This document shows, in pieces, positions 9,593-17,928 of a stretch of 64,000 nucleotides of DNA. The stretch covers positions 256,001 through 320,000 of the forward strand of contig CAWCYD010000003.1 in the NCBI GenBank assembly GCA_963799775.1, in the 5' to 3' direction. The position numbers were made by a program, and so were the translations under genes. Within the stretch, counting starts at the first letter, position 1; every line of letters begins with the position of its first letter. Origin of the DNA: an uncultured archaeon (lineage in GTDB: Archaea; Thermoproteota; Nitrososphaeria; Nitrososphaerales; Gagatemarchaeaceae). Below the pieces are notes generated by a model, which searched no databases, had not been told where the DNA came from, and worked only from the letters and a program-made list of their open reading frames with translations.

Positions 9593-11425
9593 ATGAGCGC
9601 TGACGAGGTCGCCCACAGCCTCAGGCGATACCTCTCGATGAAGTCAGCTTACGCCCCTGACTTCCTGCCGGGCGACAAGAGCGTAGCATACCTCACCGAC
9701 CTCACAGGGGTTCCGCAAATCTGGATGACAGACACCTCGGAGGATCGTGTCCCCCAACAGATCACACTCGAGGACGAGAGGGTCGCCCACTTCAGCGTCG
9801 GGCCGAAGAGCGGCAACATCGTCTTCGGGATGGACAAGGGCGGCAACGAGAGGTTCCAGATCTACATGCTCGAGGACTTGGGCGACTCGGTCGTCAAGCT
9901 GACAGACGACCCCAAAGTGATCCACAACTGGGGGGACTGGTCTCCCGACGAGAAGAGGATATCCTTCTCCTCGAACGCTAGGAGCCAGGAGTTCTTCGAC
10001 ATCTACGTCGAGGACATCGACGACCGTTCCACGGCGCTGGTATACAGATACGACGGGAACGCATACCCCGTGAGTTGGAGTCCCGACGGGTCGAAGATCC
10101 TTCTCGAGGTGACCCACACCCCCTTTGACCATGACCTCTTCCTTCTTGACCCCGACGACAAGAACGCGGAGCTGCTGACGCCTCACACCGGCGATGCGGC
10201 GTTCTACTCCCCCACCTTCGACTGGTCAGGGAAGTTCGTCTACTGCGCCACAGACAAGGACCGGGAGTTCGTGGCTCTCGCAAGAATAGACGTGGGTTCG
10301 CACGAGCTGGAGTATGTCTACGCGGAGGACTGGGACATAGAGGGACTGGTCGCCACGAGAGACAAGAGGACGGTCGCCTTCACCGTGAACGACGGCGGGG
10401 CCTCGAGGCTGATGCTCTGGGGACCTCGGCGGCGGAGTACCGCAGGAATTGAATGCCCCCAGAGGGCTCGTCGGCGGACTGGACTGGTCAAACGACGGGC
10501 GAAGGCTTGCCTTCTCCCTCTCAGCCTCCTCGGCGAACACCGACGTATGGACGTACGATTTCGGACCGAACATGGGATCGACGCGGGGTCAGCTGACCAG
10601 GCTGACCAGGTCCTCCACGTGCGGGATACCGGCGACAAGTTTCGTCGAGCCGCAGCTTGTAGAGACCCGCTCGTTCGACGAGCTGCAGGCCCCTCGTATC
10701 TCTACTTGCCGAAGACAGGTGCCTCGTTGCCCCTCGTCGTCCTCCTCCACGGCGGGCCCGAGTCGCAATTCAGGCCCGGCTTCAGCCCTCTCATCCAGTT
10801 CTTCGTGAGGATGGGTTTCGGCGTGCTCGCACCGAACTTCAGAGGAAGCACGGGATACGGCAGGAGGTACACGCACTTGGACGACGTCAGGGGGAGGATG
10901 GACACCGTCAAAGACGCCGAGTTCGCGGTCCGCCATGTCTTGGAGAGGTATCCCATAGACAGGAACAAGGTGGTGGCCTGGGGCGGCAGCTACGGGGGTT
11001 TCATGGTCTTGGCTTGCCTCTATTCGAGCCCGAAGATGTGGGCGGCAGGAGTGGACATCGTCGGCATATCGAACATCGTCACATTCCTGAAGAACACGGG
11101 ACCTTGGAGGAGGAAGCTCAGGATCGCCGAGTATGGAGACCCAGAGAAGGACAAGGACTTCCTAGAGAGCATCTCCCCGAACAACAACGCACACTTGATC
11201 ACAGCGCCGCTCTTCATTATCCACGGCGCGAACGACCCCAGGGTGCCCGTCGGCGAGGCCGAGCAGATCGCCGAGACTCTCAAGAAGCTGGGAAGAGAGG
11301 CCCACATGATGAGGTTCGACGACGAAGGTCATGGACTCGCGAAACTGAAGAACAGAATCGCTGGGTATTCAGCAGCCGTCGAGTTCCTGATGAGTCACGT
11401 CTCCAGCCAGGGCGAGAAAGCCTAG
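9593..11425 (+). CDS. S9 family peptidase (acylaminoacyl-peptidase-like); compensating frameshifts at about 10420 and 10690
   Basis: Beta-propeller WSPD repeats, HGGPE, GGSYGG, DPRVP, DEGH. Confidence 0.92.
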   Translation: MSADEVAHSLRRYLSMKSAYAPDFLPGDKSVAYLTDLTGVPQIWMTDTSEDRVPQQITLEDERVAHFSVGPKSGNIVFGMDKGGNERFQIYMLEDLGDSVVKLTDDPKVIHNWGDWSPDEKRISFSSNARSQEFFDIYVEDIDDRSTALVYRYDGNAYPVSWSPDGSKILLEVTHTPFDHDLFLLDPDDKNAELLTPHTGDAAFYSPTFDWSGKFVYCATDKDREFVALARIDVGSHELEYVYAEDWDIEGLVATRDKRTVAFTVNDGGASRLMLWGPRRRSTAGIECPQRARRRTGLVKRRAKACLLPLSLLGEHRRMDVRFRTEHGIDAGSADQADQVLHVRDTGDKFRRAAACRDPLVRRAAGPSYLYLPKTGASLPLVVLLHGGPESQFRPGFSPLIQFFVRMGFGVLAPNFRGSTGYGRRYTHLDDVRGRMDTVKDAEFAVRHVLERYPIDRNKVVAWGGSYGGFMVLACLYSSPKMWAAGVDIVGISNIVTFLKNTGPWRRKLRIAEYGDPEKDKDFLESISPNNNAHLITAPLFIIHGANDPRVPVGEAEQIAETLKKLGREAHMMRFDDEGHGLAKLKNRIAGYSAAVEFLMSHVSSQGEKA

Positions 11426-11850
11426 TCCTTCGATATCTTCTCTAGTCGCTGCGACAGGCTCAGAAGGGCTTCTTGGTGTTCCTTCATCTTCGATGGGTCG
11501 GACTTGGCCAAGTCCTCCATGTAAGAGACGAAGCCGCTAACCTCCTCGACCATCTCGTCCAGAGAGCGCTGCTTTCTCCCGAAAGCAGGCCCGAATGACC
11601 ACTCCAACTCGCTGCTTGCCTTGTCCGTAAGCTCGTATCTGCCATCGTCTTTCTTCTTTACCATCCCATCCTTGACGAGCTGCTCGAGCACGGGATAGAC
11701 CGACCCCGGCGAAGGCCTCCACCATCCTTGCGTCATACTCTCGATCTCATCCATCAGCTCCACGCCGTTCTTCGGCGAGGACGCCAGCATGGTGACGATC
11801 GCCATGCGAAGGCCCCGCTTCCTATGCATCATCCATCTGAAAGGCCACAA
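11422..11850 (-). CDS. PadR family transcriptional regulator
   Basis: WRPSPGSVYPVL...YELTDK. Confidence 0.9.
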   Translation of the reverse strand: MWPFRWMMHRKRGLRMAIVTMLASSPKNGVELMDEIESMTQGWWRPSPGSVYPVLEQLVKDGMVKKKDDGRYELTDKASSELEWSFGPAFGRKQRSLDEMVEEVSGFVSYMEDLAKSDPSKMKEHQEALLSLSQRLEKISKD

Positions 11851-11885
11851 ATCGGCATGAAGCCAGAAGGCGAGCTAATAAGGGA

Positions 11886-11913
11886 ATCGGTTTTCCGATA
11901 TCGGTTTTCCGAT
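11886..11913. promoter_or_regulatory. tandem palindromic operator (ATCGG-TTTT-CCGAT)x2, putative PadR site
   Basis: Two abutting identical 14-bp palindromes in the divergent promoter between padR and the SHOCT gene. Confidence 0.6.
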
Positions 11914-11959
11914 ATCTTAAAGAACCCCTGCTTCCATCCAGGTGATTGCGAAACACGGC

Positions 11960-12382
11960 ATGAGCGACGACAACCACAACAACTACGCGACGCCGTCACA
12001 CAGCTTCGGGCAGACTCGTCACAGGCGAGTGGTCATAGGCTGGGTCATCGGCGGGCTGGTCATCCTACTCCTCGCGGGGCTTCTCCTCTCTCCCTTCCTC
12101 TACAACTTCGGTTCACGACCCTTCGGATACTACCCTTTCCCGTTCGTCTTCTTCCCGTTCGGGTTCCTTATCTTCTTCTTTTTCATCTTCTTCGTGATCC
12201 GAGGGGTGTTCTGGGGTTGGGGATGGGGCTGGCGAGGCGGCTATGGTCGTGGCTACTGGCGGGGCCAGGGCTATAACTATGGCGACGCCACTGAGATTCT
12301 CAGGCAACGATACGCGAAGGGCGAGATAAGCAAGGATCAGTTTGACCAGATGATGAGGGACCTGCAGGCATCCAAAGCCTAG
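11960..12382 (+). CDS. SHOCT-domain membrane protein
   Basis: C-terminal ATEILRQRYAKGEISKDQFDQM; two TM segments. Confidence 0.88.
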   Translation: MSDDNHNNYATPSHSFGQTRHRRVVIGWVIGGLVILLLAGLLLSPFLYNFGSRPFGYYPFPFVFFPFGFLIFFFFIFFVIRGVFWGWGWGWRGGYGRGYWRGQGYNYGDATEILRQRYAKGEISKDQFDQMMRDLQASKA

Positions 12383-12464
12383 AGGCCCTCCTCTCCTCTC
12401 TTTTTCTCGAGAGACCATCCGGACAGGCTCGTCTCCCAAGGCACTCAATGTCAATCAGGAGATG

Positions 12465-12493
12465 TGGTGCGGGGGGTGGGATTCTAACCCCAC
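12465..12493 (-). repeat. degenerate intron-less copy of the tRNA-Leu 3' end (att-like scar 1)
   Basis: tggtgcggggggtgggattctaaccccac versus spliced tRNA tggtgcggggggtgggattcgaacccac. Confidence 0.75.
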
Positions 12494-12510
12494 AACCGCT
12501 GAAGGAGGTT

Positions 12511-12612
12511 CTACCTGAACAACCAGCCGAGGACTATGAGTACGACAATTACGATGACAATCGTGCCAAGTAGCCCGTATGCCGGCCTTTTGTTCCGAAA
12601 CGTGAGTGACAT
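12511..12612 (-). CDS. 33-aa single-TM microprotein
   Basis: MSLTFRNKRPAYGLLGTIVIVIVVLIVLGWLFR*; AT-rich TATA-like element about 30-38 nt upstream. Confidence 0.6.
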   Translation of the reverse strand: MSLTFRNKRPAYGLLGTIVIVIVVLIVLGWLFR

Positions 12613-12854
12613 GGTATACGAAGTTCGTGGGGGCCTAAGTGCATTTATCTAGCTTCAAACATAACTTGGATACCTAGCCGAGCTCCATAACCTTCTCCGG
12701 GTGACATCCGAGCGGGAAGCCGGCACGCGGTGGTGGCCCTAGCCGCCAAGACTTCGCCCTTGGGGGTCAACGGAGGACGACTGCTCTCCTGGCGAGCGAG
12801 AATAGGTGGGGTGGGCGGGACTTGCACCCGCTTCGTACTCCAGCTCCACCCTAA

Positions 12855-12893
12855 TGCGGGGGGCGGGATTCGAACTCACGAACCCCTTTAGGG
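12855..12893 (-). repeat. intron-less copy of the tRNA-Leu 3' part (att-like scar 2)
   Basis: tgcggggggcgggattcgaactcacgaacccct has 2 mismatches in 33 nt to the spliced tRNA. Confidence 0.8.
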
Positions 12894-12908
12894 GGTGCTT
12901 GTGTTGAA

Positions 12909-13466
12909 TTATCCCATTTGAGGCATCAATGGTTTGGATGGCTTTGCCAGCCTAAACAAGCCAAATCCCAGCATGCAAGCTCCGCCTAGAAGTCCTGCGG
13001 CTTCGATAATGGTGGCAAGTCCGGAGAAACTCTTGGGGTAAGTGGCGAGCAAGCTGTATGAAATCAAGAGAAGCGCATCCACTGAGAGAACGGCAGAGAA
13101 GGTGCGTCGATCTGGCAGGGCTCTTAGGTCGATTAGACCCAGAATCGCTGTGACAAAAATCACCAAAAGTATCTCGCCCTCTAGGACGTCGATGTGAGAG
13201 TCTTCGACAAGCGCGGCGGCAGATAGGAACATCATCGATAAGATAGAGCCCGAAATATTTTGGCGGTGATGGCCACGCAGTTCCAGGACTCCCAGCGCCC
13301 CCCAGAACCCCCCGAACCCAACGAAGGGAAAAAGCAACAGCAACAATGGGAGGAAGTTGGTGGGTGGTGGTTGCATGGCAAGCTGATAGCTCAAGATGGT
13401 TTCGTAGAATATGTATCCAGCGTACACGAAATACAATCCGGCTAGGCCCACCTGAATGGGCTTCAA
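12909..13466 (-). CDS. hypothetical multi-TM membrane protein (cargo between the tRNA and an att scar)
   Basis: 185-aa hydrophobic ORF, AT-richer than its flanks. Confidence 0.65.
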   Translation of the reverse strand: MKPIQVGLAGLYFVYAGYIFYETILSYQLAMQPPPTNFLPLLLLLFPFVGFGGFWGALGVLELRGHHRQNISGSILSMMFLSAAALVEDSHIDVLEGEILLVIFVTAILGLIDLRALPDRRTFSAVLSVDALLLISYSLLATYPKSFSGLATIIEAAGLLGGACMLGFGLFRLAKPSKPLMPQMG

Positions 13467-13548
13467 GGCCTCGTCTTCAGACCTGTTCGGCTATATTGCT
13501 GTGCCGGCCGGTTTGCGCCTGAAGCTCGAAGCATCCGCTAGGACTGAT

Positions 13549-13689
13549 TGGTGCGGGGGGTGGGATATTCGCCGACCTTGCCCGAGGGTGCTCGCGAGCA
13601 CCCCCTAAGCAGGTTCGGATTCGAACCCACGAACCCCTAAGGGATGGGGCCTAAGCCCCACGCCGTTGACCAGGCTTGGCGACCCCCGC
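13549..13689 (-). tRNA. tRNA-Leu(TAG) with a 54-nt intron at position 59/60 (13566-13619), CCA encoded
   Basis: GCGGGGG/CCCCCGC-type acceptor, anticodon loop CTTAGGC, long variable arm; perfect BHB GGG-TTCG-AAT-CCGA...TCGG-CGAA-TAT-CCC. Confidence 0.95.
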
Positions 13690-13836
13690 TCTTTCATCAC
13701 CCCGGCCGTTTTCTTGGCTTAACAGTTTTCCTAGCCTCTGCGCATCCCGCAGATGGCATCAAGGCCCTCGGAAACGGTTCCCTGCTGGGACTATTCCCGA
13801 AGGGGATAATAACGCCGGAGGACCGACTGATTCAGA

Positions 13837-14811
13837 GTGAGCCTGGCTCAGAACATATTGGACGTGATTGGTAACACCCCAATCGTCAGACTCCAACGGA
13901 TTGCCGAGAAGCCTAGTCCGCGCATCTTCGCCAAGCTCGAGTTCATGAACCCAGGGGGATCTGTCAAGGACCGGATAGCCGCTTTCATCGTCGCGGACGC
14001 AGAGCGACGAGGCGTCCTCAAGAAGGGGGGGACACTTATCGAGCCTACATCTGGGAACACCGGGGTGGGGCTTGCCATCCTTGCGGCCGTCCGTGGCTAC
14101 AAGGCCATCTTCACCATGCCTGACAAGGTAAGCGAGGAAAAGCGCGCCCTGCTGAGAGCTTTCGGGGCCAAGGTCGTCGTCGCACCCACAGATCTGCCGC
14201 CAAGTTCGCCAGACCACTACATCAACGTGGCCAAGAGGCTCAACAAGCAGAATCCGGGTTCGTTCATGCCGAACCAGTACCAGAACAAGGGGAACCCCGA
14301 GGCCCACCGAGCCACGACCGGCCCTGAGATCTGGCGCCAGACCAAAGGCAAGATCGATGCCTTCGTCGCTGGTGTCGGGACAGGTGGGACCATATCGGGC
14401 GCGGGCGGATACCTAAAGTCGAAGAAAAGCTCGTTGCTCGTCGCCGGAGTCGAGCCTCAAGGCTCCATCTACGCGAACCTCAAGTACGGAAAGAAGGAAC
14501 CGCTGCACCCATACCTGGTCGAGGGCGTCGGGGAGGATTTCGTGCCCGAAACCTACGACGAGAGCGTAGTCGATGAGATCATCACGGTCAGCGACGAGGA
14601 GAGCATCTCGATGTCCCACAAACTGGCTAGGGAAGAGGGGATCTTCGCGGGGGGCTCATCCGGCATGGCGGTGGCAGGGGCGTTGGAGCTGGCGCGCCGA
14701 AGGCCCTCCCTGAAGCTCATCGTCGTGATCCTCCCCGACTCTGGGAGGAGCTACCTCAGCAAGATCTACAACCCGCAGTGGCTCAAGGCTCACGGGTTCT
14801 CGCAAGATTAA
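13837..14811 (+). CDS. cystathionine beta-synthase / cysteine synthase family PLP enzyme
   Basis: NPGGSVKDR, EPTSGNTG, GTGGT, GGSSG, LPDSG. Confidence 0.93.
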   Translation: MSLAQNILDVIGNTPIVRLQRIAEKPSPRIFAKLEFMNPGGSVKDRIAAFIVADAERRGVLKKGGTLIEPTSGNTGVGLAILAAVRGYKAIFTMPDKVSEEKRALLRAFGAKVVVAPTDLPPSSPDHYINVAKRLNKQNPGSFMPNQYQNKGNPEAHRATTGPEIWRQTKGKIDAFVAGVGTGGTISGAGGYLKSKKSSLLVAGVEPQGSIYANLKYGKKEPLHPYLVEGVGEDFVPETYDESVVDEIITVSDEESISMSHKLAREEGIFAGGSSGMAVAGALELARRRPSLKLIVVILPDSGRSYLSKIYNPQWLKAHGFSQD

Positions 14812-14837
14812 AGTCACGCTCCAACGCGCCGCCCCTC

Positions 14838-15998
14838 ATGCGGTTCGACACCCGGGCGGTCCACGTTGGGAACGAGCCAGACGAGCTGACCGGAGCGGTG
14901 ACCCCTCCGATTTACACCTCGTCGACCTTCGCCCAGGCGAAGATAGGGCTCACAAAGGGCTACGAGTACTCTAGGTCCGGCAACCCGACCAGGGCGAGGC
15001 TGGAACGGGCCGTGGCCGACCTCGAGGGCGGCAAGTTCGGGCTGGCGTTCGCGTCTGGCCTCGCCGCCGAGACCGCCGTCGCGAGCCTGCTCAACAACGG
15101 CGATCATGTGATAATCTGCAACGACGTCTATGGCGGCACCTTCAGGCTCTTCAACCAGGTCTTCAGGAACTTCGGCGTCTCCTTCGACAGGGTCGACGCG
15201 AGAGACCTAAGCAAACTCGAGCGCGCGGTCAGACCTAACACCAGGATGATCTGGATGGAGTCTCCCACCAACCCATTGATGCTGGTCCTCGACATCGCTG
15301 GCGTAGCAAAGGTGGCGAAGGCACACGGGCTGACCCTTGCGGTGGACAACACCTTTGCCTCTCCCTGTCTCCAGAACCCGCTCAAGCTGGGTGCGACAAT
15401 CGTCGTCCACAGCACGACCAAATACATCGGCGGCCACAGCGACCTCGTGGGCGGCGCTCTTGTCACCTCAGACAAGGCGCTCTTCGAGAGGTTGAAGTTC
15501 CTCCAGAACGCGACCGGGAGCGTCCCTGGCCCGTTCGATTGCTATCTTGCACTCAGGGGCCTCAGGACGATCCACCTCCGGGTAGCCAGGCACTCGAAGA
15601 ACGCAGGGGCTGTCGCAAAGGCCCTAGCGAGCGACCGAGCGAGGGTGAAGGAAGTCTACTATCCGTTCCTCAAGGGATCTCCCTCGTACAAGCTGGCGAG
15701 GAAGCAGATGTCCGCCGGAGGAGGGATGATCGCCTTCAGGATCGTGGGAGGTTATCGAGCGGCGTCGAAGTTCCTAGAGTCCCTGAAGGTCTTCACGCTC
15801 GGTGAGAGTCTGGGAGGGGTAGAGTCACTGGCCGAGCATCCGTCCAAGATGACCCATGCCTCGCTACCGGCCGCCGAACGCAAGAAGATAGGCATCACGG
15901 ACGACCTGATACGCCTATCTGTCGGCATCGAGGACTCTGGCGACCTGGTCGAGGACGTCAGAACCGCTCTGAGAGCCGCGGTCCACACGCAAAGCTGA
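14838..15998 (+). CDS. cystathionine gamma-lyase/synthase
   Basis: YSRSGNPT, ESPTNP, DNTF, HSTTKYIGGHSD, ESLGGVESL. Confidence 0.95.
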   Translation: MRFDTRAVHVGNEPDELTGAVTPPIYTSSTFAQAKIGLTKGYEYSRSGNPTRARLERAVADLEGGKFGLAFASGLAAETAVASLLNNGDHVIICNDVYGGTFRLFNQVFRNFGVSFDRVDARDLSKLERAVRPNTRMIWMESPTNPLMLVLDIAGVAKVAKAHGLTLAVDNTFASPCLQNPLKLGATIVVHSTTKYIGGHSDLVGGALVTSDKALFERLKFLQNATGSVPGPFDCYLALRGLRTIHLRVARHSKNAGAVAKALASDRARVKEVYYPFLKGSPSYKLARKQMSAGGGMIAFRIVGGYRAASKFLESLKVFTLGESLGGVESLAEHPSKMTHASLPAAERKKIGITDDLIRLSVGIEDSGDLVEDVRTALRAAVHTQS

Positions 15999-16182
15999 GT
16001 TTTCCCCTTCTCGGACCCCAGGATTCGAGGGATTTTACAGCAGGAGACGATGGGCAGTTCGGCAACTTAAGACAATCGTCGATTTGCCGCATGGAACGCA
16101 CCCGTATAATGCGTACGGGATGTTCAAGCACTCACAGAACAATGCAACTGGATAACTGCAAGATTTTGAATCTATCGCTCGT

Positions 16183-17017
16183 GGATTCTGTTACGTCTTT
16201 TCTCATGACGCCGCTGGCGCACGACGCGACGGGCTGGCCCTGCTCCACTCCATCGGCTCGGAGGACTTCCTGCGCGGGAACTTGTGAAACCGGCTTTCCG
16301 GTTTGGCGATTTTGGAAGTCCGGAAGGAGGGCCCTCTCTCTGGTGGCCTTCTCGATTAGCTCGCTCCATCCGTTTGTGACCGGGATTCCGGCCTTCTGTG
16401 CCGGTCTCATTCCGTTTATTTGGCGTTCGCGCACGTAGTTGTAATTCACCACGTAGCCGTCTAGGATGTTCTTTGCCGTCTCGTTGTGCTTGAGGCTCCG
16501 CATCGGGCGCGTCCTCTCCTTTAATGTCTCGTGGAGCCTTTCAACGATGTTACTTGTTTGCCTTGCTCTGATTCCGACTCTTTGCACAAATTCGACCTTA
16601 TCGACTTTGTATCGGGAGTAGAACACGCGGTTGAAGGCACTCTGATAGACGTGGCTCCCATCGACGAATACTGCCTTTGGCCTCGTCTTGCTCATGTCCA
16701 GCCCTTTTTGGAAGATTGCGACGGCGTCCTCGAATGTCCTTGACCCTGACAGGTGTGACGCCATCAAGAACTTCGTGTGCTCATCAATCATCTCCCAGAA
16801 CCATTGATCGCGGCCTTCGCACTCGATGACCGTCTCATACTCATGCCATTTCCCTTGGGTTAGGAAGTTTCGCCTTCTGAACTTCCTAAACTGCTAAATC
16901 CGGAACACGGTTTCACAAGTTCCCGCGCAGGAAGTCCTCCGAGCCGATGGAGTGGAGCAGGGCCAGCCCGTCGCGTCGTGCGCCAGCGGCGTCATGAGAA
17001 AAGACGTAACAGAATCC
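16183..17017. mobile_element. 835-bp non-autonomous element with 110-bp perfect TIRs and 6-bp TSD GCTCGT
   Basis: 16183-16292 is the exact reverse complement of 16908-17017; GCTCGT at 16177-16182 and 17018-17023. Confidence 0.85.
16330..16860 (-). pseudogene. IS6-family (archaeal type) DDE transposase fragment
   Basis: GKWHEYET (first D replaced by Y)...WFWEMID...VFVDG...NIVERLHETLKER...YNYVR; N-terminus missing. Confidence 0.8.
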
Positions 17018-17065
17018 GCTCGTAAGAGCCTCAGTCATCCAAAAGATTCACACAATCGTCAGGGG

Positions 17066-17455
17066 CTAGACGGTTTCCGACTGGAGTTTCCTTTCGAGCT
17101 CCTTCTCGGCTGCTCTCGCGCCCTTCACTATTCTTCCCTGTCTCGTAGCGAATCGGTAGTCTAAGGCGGCAACGAGAACTAGCGCCGCCGTTACAAAGAG
17201 CAATGCTAACTCTAGAACGAGAAGACTCGGATCCGTCAGGTTGACTGTTATCACTCCCTCTCCGCTCGCGAACGGGTAGACAATTTGGAAAGCATACGAC
17301 AAGCTCAGGAAGGCTCCGAGGATAACCGTCAAAATCGAGAGCGACCGCATCCTCCTGTGGGTCGTCTCGATATGCTTCGCAAATTCTTCGTGTGCTTCCA
17401 CCAGCGTCGCCCCGGGCGATCTCTCTGCGTCGCTGCCTGTTGACAAGCTCTTCAC
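17066..17455 (-). CDS. hypothetical 2-TM membrane protein
   Basis: 129-aa ORF with two hydrophobic helices. Confidence 0.6.
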   Translation of the reverse strand: MKSLSTGSDAERSPGATLVEAHEEFAKHIETTHRRMRSLSILTVILGAFLSLSYAFQIVYPFASGEGVITVNLTDPSLLVLELALLFVTAALVLVAALDYRFATRQGRIVKGARAAEKELERKLQSETV

Positions 17456-17494
17456 TCGCTCAAAATGGAACCTTAAAGGCTTCCTGACCGGAGG

Positions 17495-17760
17495 TCAGTT
17501 TCACGCCGCTCTCCCACTGGTTCCACAAACTCATGTAATGAGTATAGGCATTGAGCCCTTCCTCCGTGATTCTGTGGATTTCGTGGTCGGCCTCGATGCG
17601 CTTAGCTACCCAACCGTTCGCGTGCATCGGCTCCAGGTCCCCGGCCTAGCCGGCCGTAATTGATGTTGCAGCGCTGAGCAAGCCGCGAGGAATTCATTGG
17701 CCCTTCCTTCAACGCGGCCAATATTTTCATCGCGTTAGCCAACGAGTCCCCGTGGGCCAT
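17495..17760 (-). CDS. archaeal winged-helix regulator (frameshifted or decayed)
   Basis: MKILAALKEGPMNSSRLAQRCNINY, then RITEKG in another frame. Confidence 0.6.
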
Positions 17761-17928
17761 AGTGACCGCTTCGAAAAGGCGGGTTCCCGTCGATAAAAGC
17801 ATGCCAACCAGTGTTTCTACTGACCGAACGTCCGGACCAGGTGTCAGAAATCGTCTATAAGCTGGGGGCGACCTCTCCTCTCATGACTTCGACTTTCGTG
17901 AAGTCGGCGTGGTTGTGAGACTCGCTGC

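Noticed and set aside
12690-12803. HDV-like/theta ribozyme or cobalamin riboswitch downstream of the tRNA-like piece
   Set aside because: I could not build the P1/P2/P3 nested pseudoknot, and the riboswitch-like words lie on opposite strands
12465-12893. tRNA-Leu fragments as trans-spliced split-tRNA halves
   Set aside because: No complementary leader or BHB-forming flanks, the T-arms carry mismatches, and a complete gene lies next door
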